From positions 1,612,001 to 1,676,000 of the forward strand of contig CM074806.1 of NCBI GenBank assembly GCA_037447605.1: a DNA stretch of 64,000 bases. The letters run 5' to 3'. The position numbers and the translations under genes are program-made. Below, in pieces: positions 1 to 12,669 of the stretch; the first letter of the stretch is position 1; the number at the start of each line of letters is the position of its first letter. The stretch comes from Zygnema circumcarinatum SAG 698-1b (Eukaryota; Plantae; Zygnematophyceae). Under the pieces are notes generated by a model. The model was not told the origin of the DNA and searched no databases. It saw nothing but the letters and a program-made list of their open reading frames with translations.

Positions 1-196
1 TAGTTGTGCATACCACCTAAACTCAGCCTCAGGCATTGTTTGCCTTTGCAAATGCAAACTACGAGTTTCCACAGCAGGCATCATTGAACCTTTCTTCGTG
101 TAGGATCGACAGGCCTTCAGCAATGAACCCAATCCACAAAGCAACGTGGGACAACATACAGAAGTCCAAAAATAGAGGGTGCACAAAACAACGGAC

Positions 197-3100
197 CTCT
201 GCATCAGCGGCCACAATCTTCAGCTTCTCTGCCTTCACTGCTGCCACGTGCGCATCCATGTCTCTCTTTAGTTTCTCCCTCGCCTTCCCGGAATTCCACT
301 CCATTTCAGGGACGTTGGCGTCTGGAAGGAAAAGCACAAAGTTCATGACCTTCAGGCGAGGGGATCAGGAGTTTGCAATCCGCTAATTCAGTATGAATAG
401 CGTTGGCAATAGCCACCGTTTCCTAAAGGAAAAACTGCTGTACTTCAAACTCCAGGAAAAGAGACACGAAGACCTTAATTGCAGTGCAATGCTTTAGTGC
501 AGATTGAAGAAGGCTGCCCATCAGCTTGCCTGCTGCGCCGGCATCAAAATGTGACAATGCCTTTTGAGTGAGGTTCCGAGCAACTGCGGCGAAAGCCACA
601 GAACTGCAATTCTTCCCTCCTGATTGAGAATCCAATTCGGCCTTCAGCGTATCGAGAGCACTTGTCCTGTGGTGATTCAGAGTGGCTTGATAAGCAGGAA
701 AGAGTCCCTGAACAAACGAACCAAAGAGAAAACATTGTTGGGCAGTTGGACAGCACAACGCTACTTTCTGAATCCATGGATGCAACCATGGACCACATTT
801 CATACCTCATTGATGTTTACTTGACCATTCCAAAGTATGCAGTGTCATGAATGCATTGCACAAGCGAACGAAATGCCCATTGAGAAAAAGTGCAAGACTG
901 CGACTCACCTCACCAGCCTTAGACAAGAGGAAGTTCCTTTTGTTGTTCCGAACTCCTTCGTCGAAATAGACTGCCTCCGAATCATAACTGCGTTCAATTT
1001 CTGCCAGGTCAGGAACTAAAGAGCAGAAACTCATCGATTGGAATTTCTGCAATTTGGTTTGCTGTGCTCTATTCGTTTGCCAGCATGTTCAGACTGGTGC
1101 ATGCATGCGTGATATCTGTGTGCATACATGCATCGCATGGCTATGGAGACGTGTACACATGCACATGCGCTATGCACGAGAACTTCTGTCAGTCAATAAG
1201 GTATGATGTCGGAGACAATGAAGAACAAACGTTTGTCTGCAAGCAGTCTTTATAACGATATGCAAAGTAGCATATAAGCAGAGAGAAGTAAATTATTCAG
1301 CTTCACTAGTATTCAATTTGACTCCAACGAGGTTTCAAATGATCAGGCTGGAGATACATATGAGAAACACGAACTATTCACACACAGTTCAACAGACAAC
1401 CCAACCAAGTCCCAACAATTCCAAAAAGTATTGGCAAAAGAAACAGGAACATACCTCGACAGGCAGATATGCAATACAGCGCCGGCTTGTTTCCCGAATC
1501 CAGTAACAATGCCAGCGCGTGCACCCTCATCAAGTGCGCGCCATGTCTGCAAAAACAGGACTATGTTCAGACGCAGCACAACTTTCTATGCGCAGCAGTT
1601 ACGAACAAGATGAGAGGGAGAGTGAGAGTGAAAAAGAGTCAAATTAGAGTCCTGAGAATGAAGACTCATTTAAAAAGTGCTCAAGGTTCACAAGAACTAT
1701 CTACAGGAAATTCAGTGCTTAGCGACATGCAATCTAGTTTCGACAAAGTCTTTGCCGCATTGCTCTAATGTAAGTTGGTACACATTTGGCTCCAACAAAC
1801 CTTTCTTCAATTTCATCTGAAGTCATACCATCTAGTGATGAGCAAGCCTTCACAGCTCCTACCCGATTACCTATTCTCTGTAGCACTAAAGTTCTATGTA
1901 TTGTCTTGAAAGACGACTGGTGTTGCACAACGAAACACCCTCCGTAAGCATATGCAAGTTGCTGTTTAAGCTTGGACAGACATCACATCACATTCTTCTC
2001 AGATTCTTTGAAACATGCACATCAATGAGAACCTTCTCAAGATCTCCTGCTGCACACTCATCACGGTGAAGGTTCCACAACGACTGAAAAATTGACGACG
2101 CCTATTCAGCCAAATTCAACCTTTAAACATTCGACCACCTCGACCCAGAAGGGGTGGCCCATTGCCACACTAAAGTAAGTATATATATTCTGACCTCAGA
2201 GGATAGGAGCTCTTGTAACTTCTCATGGGCCAGCTCCTCACAGCGGACCGTAGCGACCATAACCTGCATATGCCCAGTCTCAGGAATCCATTAGCCCAGG
2301 AAAACAAACTCACCTGTTTGATATTCTCACAAGCCTCTTTCATGTTCCTTTTAAGCTCACCTTGTGGGCTGGCAAATCCAAATCTTTGTTCTCTTTGATG
2401 ACTCGCCAAATCTGCTGCATGCTGATCGCTAAGCCTGATCCTGGCACTACTCCTCGTCTGTCCCCAGCAAGCCGTCCAGGAGCTATGGAGTTTTGAAACC
2501 GCTCACGTAGTTTCTCAACCTACAGAAAAAAGGGAAAACGACGAATGGCAAAAGTGAGTTGACTCTGTTCACCACGTCGATTCTATTGCAACACCTTCTC
2601 AAAATTTGACTAAGGCATCAAATTTGTGAAGAAGGGCTCCAATTTCGTTAGCATTAACGTGAAGGGGGATGTAGTCCCACATGAGGAAAACGTGCTTACC
2701 TCTTCTTCAAACAGTTCTTCCTTTTCTTCAAAATTTGGCAGAGCGGTCACTTCAATCTGGCAATACGGGAAATCAAGTAAAAAGTTCATGTTAATTAAAA
2801 GTCGTCAATTTTATTCTTCAGAAGGGAAGAGTTCTCAACGTTTCACTTGATGAAAACAACCAAGCAAAAAATGAGGAAGGCATCCGGAACGTGACAAGAT
2901 TATCCACGAAACATCTCTTCAATCCAAAAACTAAGAATGGACATTGACCAGAACCCGGAAAGGCACCAACATTGAAAAACTCGCTCAGGGGTGTGCCCAC
3001 GTATTGATGTGGCTTTGTCACACTCTCCCATATCTGCAACTCGCATAGCCATTTGAAATTATTCACGGAATGATCAGTAGGAGTTTTACATGGCTCCAAC

Positions 3101-5787
3101 AATGGTATTGGCAAATCTAACAACAGCGTTTGTCGACACTTATCACAGTCAGACCCTCTCACCTTTGAAATATCATCTCTTAAAATGGGCTCTAAAGTTT
3201 CCATAGGTGTCTGCAAAACGGAAAAAACAAAGTAAGTTTTCCCTGCTCTTGCGGGAAACACAAACACATGACAAAGAGCTTTGAAAACGTGCCTGTTCAA
3301 AAGGAATTTTGGAACACAGGGAGCAGCCAGTAGAAGCTTTTACACAACGGAGAATAACAAAAGGTTATCTGCTCTATTGTCACCACGAGATGCAAAAGAC
3401 GGAGAATTAAGAATCGATGCTTACTCGGGTTTTGTCGCGGACCACAAACAGCAAGGTCGTCTTCCTCGGAGAAAATAAGCGCATCATCACCTGCAGTTTT
3501 CTTCTAACCAAATCTTAAATAATTGAATCTGTGCTGCAAGAGCGCAGCAGGGACTGAAAGGCTGCTCGCAACAGGTATATTCTACATACGATGGAAGAAA
3601 GTGGTTGCTACCGATAAATGATAGCAATCATCGTGCTCAGGCCATGTACATAATTGTAAGTGAGCTAAATTTCGCTTGTTTCCAATATGATAAAACCAAA
3701 CCCACTTCTGAGAGCAGACTCGCCGTGGCCGTGGTGGGAGTGGAAACAAGTACAGCCTCAACATATTGCAGTACATATCTATCACAATATGCAAAAAAAG
3801 GTTTACAAAACTTTGACGTGTTCCAATTGCTTTTGATCTTCTGGCATATATGACATTCGCATACATACCAGCTCAGAATGGAAGTAAGACACGTAAATTG
3901 CAGCTATGCTTTTCAAGCCTGTACATCAATCCCGACCTGACCTGACCTCACCTGGAACACTGTCTTCAGGAGGGGCTTGTTCGCCGCATGTTCTCGTCCA
4001 ATGTCATGACACCACCTAATAACCAAATAGAAAGCATACAAACGCTTCATAACCACTGCAACTTACCATAAAATTTCATAGCAAAAGCCCAGTGCCGATG
4101 CCAGCATGTGCCTAGAAAGGATCAGAAGAAAGTGAGGTCGGAATACGGCAAAACGAAAGAAAGCAGTGGCAGCGCAAAAGCCGGATTGAGCTCACATGTT
4201 GATGAGAAGGACATCAGCTACAGCCAATGCAAAAAGTGAGCTCTGCTTTTCGAATGTTGTATCATCCTGCGTCCAACATGGAAGACGAGTCTCAACACAG
4301 CATTTTCTCCCGTCGCGAAATTCACTAAAAATAGTGAAATAAATAATAAGATAGATTGCTTGTTGTAAGCTTCTCGTTGCAGGACGGGCAACTGTGGGAC
4401 TTAGCTTGTTCCTGATAATAATCAACATGCACTAGCTATGCTGAAACAAGCTGACTACTAGGACCTTCATCCAAGATTGAAGGCATGCTGTCTAGACAGA
4501 GCTACTATGACGCTCCGGATGAGGCCCTCCTCATCCAGCAGCAGGAATAAAACACAACAATTTGATAACCAAATGAGTGCAATCGAATTCAAGAGCATAA
4601 ACTAAATCAATCGTTTTCTTTTTCAATAAAATTGAAACCTGACAAATACCTCGCCTCTTTCGCGCCCATCTGTCCCTTCCAGGTCGCAAACTAGAGTACA
4701 TGGGTCTATATCCACCGCCCGAGCTAGCCAAATACCCTGAGTTGTTTGACTCCTGCAACCGCGACATCATCTAAATAATTATCCGAATCAACAAGTTCCA
4801 TACTCTTTCCTACGTTACAGCTGCACCAGAAATATAATTTCAAATACCTGCAGATTTAAAGCATCAACTTGTCCCATTCGCTACATTTGACCCGTCAGCC
4901 AGAAAATGAAAAATAGTCACAAACTTCCGCTGGCAACCTAAACCGAGGAAATGAGGCAAAAACAGAGAGCCACAAGTGATAAAAGGGATTGGTTCTACGC
5001 ACCTCCCCTTGAAGGCGTCCATCTCAACAAACCGTGTGCTAAACAGATGATTGAGCAGGGTACTCTTTCCTGAAATTTAAAAGTTCAAGCGTAGAGAACT
5101 CTATATGTTAGCAGAGACATTAGGACATTCCATAGGCACAAATAGACAGAATATATATGAGCCTTCAGGCCGGCATGAGACAGAAACCATGGGTCATGTT
5201 CCATCAACTAGTCAGACAAAAGCTACTAAACAGCGGAAATACACTTCCTCTCTGGGACAAGCAGACTCCGGTAGCTTTTAGAAGGTCTATCTACTTATGC
5301 GGAAATTGAATTCTGTCAGAAATGCATCCTTTCGAGCTAGAGCAATTGTCAACAACATCCTTGCTGAAAAACTGATTCCGCAATCAAAGAAAACTGACAA
5401 CGGCACTCGCTGCAATCTTCTCATTACAATTGCCTCAGGTAACTGAAGTTACATGCCAGGCTCATCATAACAATCGTCGGAAAACACACCTTCTCATGAC
5501 AGACAACGACATTCAGGTACAAAGCAATTCAAAAAGCCATTCAAACATAGAAAGCGCAGCAGGAAACCAAACCAGAATCGAAGAAAAAATCTCCAAATAG
5601 CCCAGCCAGACTCAAGCAAATACAAACGAAGGCTTGCAGCTTTACCCGAGCTCTGCGGGCCCATGATAGCCACCACCGCATATGAGATGCCGCACTCTGC
5701 GAGGCGGATGGACCGAGAAAAAGCATCGAGGCCTTCCAGGTTGAATTCACCCGCGCCATCCACGATCTGCACGGAGTTCGCCGCCAT
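197..5787 (-). CDS. RHD3: ROOT HAIR DEFECTIVE 3 / SEY1 atlastin-type ER-fusion GTPase (multi-exon, continues past the left edge)
   Basis: Spliced exons read [16 protein letters not shown]...[13 protein letters not shown] (5646-5787), [21 protein letters not shown] (5003-5069), RSQTTQGIW...[12 protein letters not shown] (4650-4752), [23 protein letters not shown] (4196-4266), [22 protein letters not shown] (3952-4015), [22 protein letters not shown] (~3435-3491), then further exons down to 197. The P-loop GPQSSGKS is present and the checked junctions are GT-AG. Confidence 0.96.
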
Positions 5788-6113
5788 GGCGCCCCCCTCT
5801 CTCCTCTCCCCTCCCTCCTCTCCCTGCAGCCGCGGTGGCAAAAAGGGCCGTTGGAGGCGCGAGGCAGCGCGGGCGGACGGTCCGCTCGCCGCCTCTGTTT
5901 GTAAATCCCTCCCTCCCTCCCTCCCTCCCTCGCCCGCCTCGACCGTACGGTACGGTACGGACCCTGGCCCGGCCTGGCCTGGCCCATAATGCGATCGATC
6001 GTGGCTGGCGTGGGTCGGGTCGGTTTGTTCACATTTCGAGGTTGCGAACTTGCTAGTTGCCGGCTGGTTTTTTGCCGCAAACCGTTGGGGTCGGTAAAGT
6101 TCAGGATGACAAG

Positions 6114-6136
6114 CTGTATGTATGTATGTATGTATG
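6114..6136 (+). repeat. (TATG)n microsatellite
   Basis: About 5 TATG units upstream of RHD3. Confidence 0.85.
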
Positions 6137-7238
6137 ACCGTGTCGGATCGAAAGCCGACTTTTGGCGAAAAATCAAATTGGAGCGCTTGGTTGTGGCAAG
6201 TTCAAAGTCGGGCGCGCGGTTTATTTGCAAACTCAACTCGAGAGCTCCGGTTTGCTCTGACCGCGAATCGAGGTTTGCCAACCTTTGACAGACACGAACG
6301 TTCCAGTGCTGGCGTTTGAACCAAAAGTGTAGGTTTCCGGCAATACGCAGGGGGGTTTGGCATGGGTCTCACAATGGCAATAGCCATCCACGTACACGGA
6401 CAAAGGCAACCTGTAGGACCACGGTGAACCGGCAGTAGCGTACAGTAGTAATGCTACATTAACGAAAAACGAAACAATAAAAAGGAGGAAGCTCGCCTTT
6501 TCAGGAACCCCAAACTCAAAGTCGATAGTTCCTGCCAGAAAGACAATCCAAAATGGCCAAATCCAGTCCACCAGCGTGTGAACTTGCTCAGTCCCAAAAC
6601 TCACATCCCACCAGTCCAAGCGCCTCTGAAACCTCATGATGGCGCTTCAGTGCACGACCGGATGGCCCGTAGCTTCTGCCTTTCTACGTTCAATCATTAC
6701 GCAGGACGAAGTGTCTTTTGGCCTCTGGATTTTAATTCATGGCCAACGCAAGCATTTTCTTCGTTTTCCCTTGTATGATATCCGCCATAAACTTAGACGC
6801 GACTCACACGACAGTACGCACTCAAAACTCTTCCAGAACGCGGGAGCCATCATCTCACAAACCACACCTTCATCCGTGCAAGATGGGCCCTCTCTCATGC
6901 GTCTCCAGCAAAGCCAAGTGGACCATTTTACACGGGATGACCTTGTGCTACAAAAAAGCGTGGAATGGTAGGCCAGCATGCCCTCGCACACCAGCTCCAG
7001 TTGGAGATGGCTGTGTGTGTACGAGACACCTTGCCTGCGGTGGAAGAATGGCAGAATATTTATTCATGCTAGCGACCCCATCCTCATTGGCTACTAAAAA
7101 CTAAAAGCGGCGCTCCATCCAACGGTATGAGAGTCAGGCGCAGTGGCGGTGGCGGTTTTTCGTTCTTTCTTGCTCTCAGCTTTCTCCTGATGATCCTCCC
7201 GACGTTTACTCAAAAATTTGCCTGAAAATTTTGCTTCT

Positions 7239-10200
7239 CTAGCTTGAAGTTGCCACTTCTGATGCTGGTAACCATCGCCAAACCTTCACGTCTCCCGAGC
7301 TATCCCCTGTGAAAATAATATTTGATAGACCGGGTGCAGTTGCCACATGCAATACTCGCACTTCCTCCCGAGTGAAGAGGGCACCTCTCTCAGTGAACCT
7401 GCCAAGAGCGTGAAAAAGAGTGTCAGCTTATAACGCAAAAGAGCTGCACCGCATCTCATACCCCTGTAACGTCAGGTTCATAATATGCGCAGTCAGTAGA
7501 AACTTGAGCAACTGCCCTAATCCCCTCAGGTTGCGGCCAGCATGAAAAGCGAGGACGAGGACAAAAAACTCTTCACGATGGCTCCTAATGCTGGCTTTGG
7601 CAAAGAAAGGGCGACGAAAGTTACTAGAAGACAACATCCAAAAACTCTCATTGACAGCCAAGGAAACAGAATGTCAGCATGAATGAGGCAACGGATATCA
7701 CTGTAGCGCAGAATGCCTCTATTGAAACTTGCAACTTGACCGCGTCAGCTGTCAGCAAAAAGAGATGCTATCCAGACAACTAATGGGGGAAGATAAAATG
7801 TGAAGCCCATTAAAAATGTGAAGCCCATTAAAAATGAGAAGGCACTCACGCAGGCAGATCATACAGTCGAACTGAATTGTCCGTGTAGGCAGCAAGCAGG
7901 ACGGAATTTCCTGAAGCGTCTGTTGATCCTTGAATGGTTAAAACTCCCTGACCCAGACACCACCTTGAAACTTTGATTCAGGGTAGCAAAATTAGCCACA
8001 TCTCTGCTTCAAATCTCTATCGGAGAGTGCCGGGCATCCCAAAATCAAAAAGAAAAGGAGAAGAATAGCCTCTTTGTTCCCAACATGAGTTGAGTGCGTG
8101 GGTATCTACTCACGGGGGCTTCTGTGGAACTCGAGGAAACAGCCTCCCCATGTGTGTAGGTAAGTTCTAAAGTCCCTGTAGTTGCGTTGATAGACCACAC
8201 CTGCCATGCCTCAAGCGATGCAGTGTCGGTTCTGTTCAATCCCTTCACACCTTCGATGCCATCATACAAGCATTGGAACGCAAATAGGCACTTCAACCTC
8301 TATTTTTTGAACACCCAGAAGTAGGGAAGCAGAACGACTGAGAACAGGGGAGCCAAGGGGGCGTTGATAGCAAGCCATCTAGCTTATCCACACAGAAGAA
8401 TCTTCTTTGGGAAACGATGTGACAACGACATTAGCAGCGGATTACTGTCGACGACAGCGACAGCACTGTGCCTACTGGAAGCCTCACCAGGATAGTGCCA
8501 TCCAGAGAACATGAGAGCAGAAACGAATTCCAACAGAGGAGGCCGAGCACCACTCCTGTATGTTTGTCAAGCGTTTGGACACACTGCATTGTGCTCAGGT
8601 CCCACACCTGCAGATCAAACAAAATGAAGCAGCCAACTCCATAAGGCGAGTCAAAATTGAAAAGGCGAGCCCCTACATGTGGACAACTATCTACCAAAGC
8701 CTTTTTCCCATAGTCTCCACCTTACACTTACAAAAATAAAGAACATAGCTATGTGCTCGTGTGATAATTGACTCTAGCATCAGAGGTGAACACATCCTAC
8801 TCTTCTAAACCATTTCCACAAGTCATCGTTATACCACCAACCCGAACATAACTCATGCATGTTAAGCAAATCCATTCATTTACAAACAGAAGAGTCAGAA
8901 CTAACCCGTATCGTCTTGTCCATAGATGCAGAATAGAGGCGATTAGCACAGTCGGTCAGCGCCACCACCCCTAACGAATGCCCCGTAAGAGAAACTGCTG
9001 GCTCAAAATTGCTGGTGGTTGTGTTGAATCTCCACACTAAAATAACACCATTCTGCAAACCAAAGCCAAAAAAACCTTGAGAACCCCAGGGACTACAGTA
9101 CCAAAACAAAGGAAAAGGTCTTGCAAACACGTGATCATCCACATTGGACCGGGCCATCCAGGAACGCCCTATGCGTGAAAGGTTGATTACAGCACTTACA
9201 TGGCAACCAGCAAAGAGTAGACCTCCAAATTGGTGCAGGACATGCACATTCCCAACAGGCCCAGGAAGCGATCCCTGGCTGCCACTGCTCATGTTATAAG
9301 TCTAGATATAGCAAACAACGCCCCATGCCCGATCCCTGTTAGAGTAAAAACATGCTCGGGGTGTTTTCCTCGACACTTTCACACAACCTATCTCAAACAC
9401 ATCTGAACCAAGAAAGCGGCTACAGCCTCACGGAGGAAGCCACAAAACAGGAAATGCATGCATCTCCTTACTCTACAGCAAGTTTGCGTATGTAATTTGG
9501 CAATTGATTTCGTATCAGATGTCCCAAGCACAAAATCCTTAGCGCCTAGGATGCATAAACGAACATCCCTTCATGTTCTCAGTAAATTACCAACACAGGG
9601 TGAACAGTTGATGCATTGGGATATGTTCCCTAAGGTTTTGCCAGATAAATTTATCGTCATGGCAGGGAAGGTTTGCTGAAAACAGTGCGATGTGTTAGCA
9701 GACTAAAGAACGTTTTATTGGCTTGATGAGCTCTATTCAGCTTTGGGACAAAACTGAGGCCTTTGCGGCTTTTTCAAGAAATGGAATTGTATATGTTCAT
9801 AGGTTTAGCTGCAATGGAAAGCTCTTTAAACTTCCAGTATCGACATCACTCTATTTTAGTCAAGACCCTGATCTCCAGCTTACTAGCGCTTCATGGCATC
9901 ATTTTTAGAGGGGCTTGGAGGCAGAACTTGCCACAACACTGATCATACGATTTCAAAAAAGCAACAAAAGTGGAAACTGACGTACTTTAACTTGCCCCGG
10001 CTGTCCAACAAAAAGCCATCCAGAGTCACTCATAAGGGAGCCCACATCATCGCCCATGTTCTCTACACTTGTACACTGCGTCACAGGAGAAAGTCCCATT
10101 AGCCACAGCAACGGAACTACACTGCCCAGTAAAGGAAAGCTCATACAAGCATGCATCTCTTAATCATTTCCAACAGCAAACGCCTCATTAAGATAGGAAA

Positions 10201-11754
10201 CTTGAAACTTCTTCAATCTCGACTAGTTTCTTAAGGGAGTCCGTGCCCAATGGTTTACGCTAGACCTTATATAAGTCATACTGCACATGAGTCAACAGTA
10301 TAGTTCTACTATAACCAGCTCCGATCTCACCAACACAAGCTCACTTAGACTTACCTGTCCTGTTCCGCAGTCCCAAACCCTTATAGTTTCATCTTGGCTT
10401 CCAGTGTACAACAGACTTGAATTTGTAGGGAGCGAAATGCCCCTAATAGCCTGCAGCAAAGACATTCCCCATAACCCTAGACATAGTTCAATTTATAGCT
10501 CTCTCACTCTCTCAAGGCCCATCATGTTCAAGTTCACGGATCCCTTGTTTCATGAGCTTGCGGCCACAGCAAAGAATAACACAACAGGGTTCGAGACATA
10601 AAGGGGAGATGGAGGCGATGTGCTCTGGGACACACCTAAACTTCAAAAGTCAATGCGACAACCTTAGCTCAAAGGAAACCTTTCCATTCCGTCAAGCATG
10701 AAAAGAAGGCTATTGATTCACTCTTTCTTTCCTCTCAATGTCGGATGCTCGCAATTGATCCACTGACCGCTCCTCAAAACATGGCTAAAATGCATTGTCA
10801 ACGCCCAACCATACTTCACGCTGACCTCATGAAAAAAAAAATTGATAGGGATGATTTAAGATGCTTTTAATCCTAAAGCGACCAAAACTGCGCGCTGCAT
10901 TCTCGTCATACAAAAGTGGACATGAAAGCCATGCAAACCTTTTTCTTAAGCATAATACTTACACAACTGCCCCTTGCAAACACTTCCTAGTAACCACACA
11001 AAATCGACATGTCCAATCAAGTCTCCATGAGAATTACATCAGGAAATAGCATATCAATAACAAATTCAAATTATGATGCACGCCGACTATTGTAACTTAG
11101 ACTATTCGAACCTTCCATGTTCTAGCATTTGTCGCTGAACATGTCTTGTCAAATGCCAAGTTTTCCGGCTCTTGCCGCTGCTTTGGTTCACCCTAAGTGC
11201 TCACATTGACGTTCCATCAGAGTAGGTTTAGTGCCAACCTTTGCATGTCCCTTCAGCTCCGTCATCATGGCAATATCTGTCGCAGTTGTGTGAGCATGCA
11301 GAAAATTGCAGTTATCACCTCGCTTGCAATCTCCCTGAATCCAAAATTTGCACGGCACTGTTTGCGCCTTTGGCCGTGAGCTTGGCCATGGTCCTCCTGC
11401 ACCGCCTCTAGAAGTGCCAGTGCGCGGCCGGCCCCAGCGTTCGGTCCCATTACTGTTACTAAACTGTGCTTCACCACCTCTACCACTACTTGTCCTTTTG
11501 CTGCCACTGAAGCTTCCTTGGCTGCCTGCTTGTCTTTCTTGGCTGCTTACCCAGCCATTCCCTGACCCTCCCTGCTTGTGTGCTGCAGAACCTGCAGTTT
11601 GCGCACCTGGATGTAACCAATTGCAATTCTCACCCTTGACACAGTTTCCAGCGACCCAAAATCGGCAGATTGCAGTGGCTTGTGTGCGGTCTCTGGTTGG
11701 AGGTGATTGATATAGGCGCCTTCCCGCTCCACGCTTTCCGCCATCATCATCCAT
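7239..11754 (-). CDS. CCCH zinc-finger + WD40-repeat protein (ZFWD family)
   Basis: Exon 1 (11239-11754) has two C-x8-C-x5-C-x3-H fingers (CRFWVAGNCVKGENCNWLH and CKFWIQGDCKRGDNCNFLH). Later exons give WD repeats (LYTGSQDETIRVWD, LYSASMDKTIR/VWD, LLSCSLDGTIL/VWS, IFTGDSSGDVKVWRW) and a TAG at 7239-7241. Confidence 0.93.
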
Positions 11755-12597
11755 AAGTACTCAAATTTCTTTCAAATAGAAAGAAGACACCGTTCCAACG
11801 AGAATCTGGCCTTGAAATAAAGCGGCGGGATCAAGGTTTGAAGTTCACATAATCCACAGCCTACCTCGCAAGTTAATAACTTGTAACAGCTGGCGGCAGA
11901 ATTACATACAGTGCAAAACCGCCTCTAAAAACGGGCGTCAGCTCCCCTAAAAAGCAGAATAAATTTCAATCTGCCGGCGCCAAATGTTGCGTTTCTTTCC
12001 CTCCCACAGCACTAGTGTTCAAGAATTCAGGCTCCTCTTAAACATAGCTTACTCCTGCAAGGTAGGATCATTTTTTACTATTGTAAACATGTAAACCAGC
12101 AGCAATCCTCCAAATGCACTTCTTTCATCCTCTAGGTCAAAAAAGACTAGCCTGTCCGATACGCCCACAATAAAGTGAACTTCCTTTCATCAGGGGCTCC
12201 TCCCAGAGCTCCAGCTGTAACGAAAGCAACCCCGCGACAAGTACCTTGACTACGGAACCACGAGTGCTTCCACTAACTAAGCTCCCCTCTGCTCGCTCGC
12301 TGTATTCAGACCGCCTCTGTTTGCAGCAGAGTGACGAGTGATGATGATTGACGAACGGAGCCGCAAGTCGCGAAGCAAACGAGGCCCTGCACTCCCACGG
12401 TAGACGGGGGGGAGGGAGAAAATGCACAGAAAAGTAAATACTTCCTCTGTTTGAAAAGGTGCGTGTAAAATTTAACGAATTTTAGAAACGGGCGGGGTCG
12501 GCACTTTTGGATGGTTCCGGGAAGGAAGGCAGTGAGGGGCTTGGCTGGTCAAAAAGTTGCCCAGTGCCACTGCGGCAGCGCTGGGAGACGACAGGAG

Positions 12598-12655
12598 GGG
12601 GAGAGAGAGGGAGGGAGAGGGAGAGGGAGAGGGAGAGGGAGAGGGAGAGGGAGAG
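12598..12655 (+). repeat. (GGGAGA)n purine microsatellite in the HAD gene leader
   Basis: Direct hexamer tandem immediately upstream of the ATG at 12670. Confidence 0.9.
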
Positions 12656-12669
12656 CAAGGAGTGCAAGG

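Noticed and set aside
2670-2682. GTCCCACAT resembling the plant snRNA USE
   Set aside because: It lies in an RHD3 intron with no downstream TATA or snRNA sequence.
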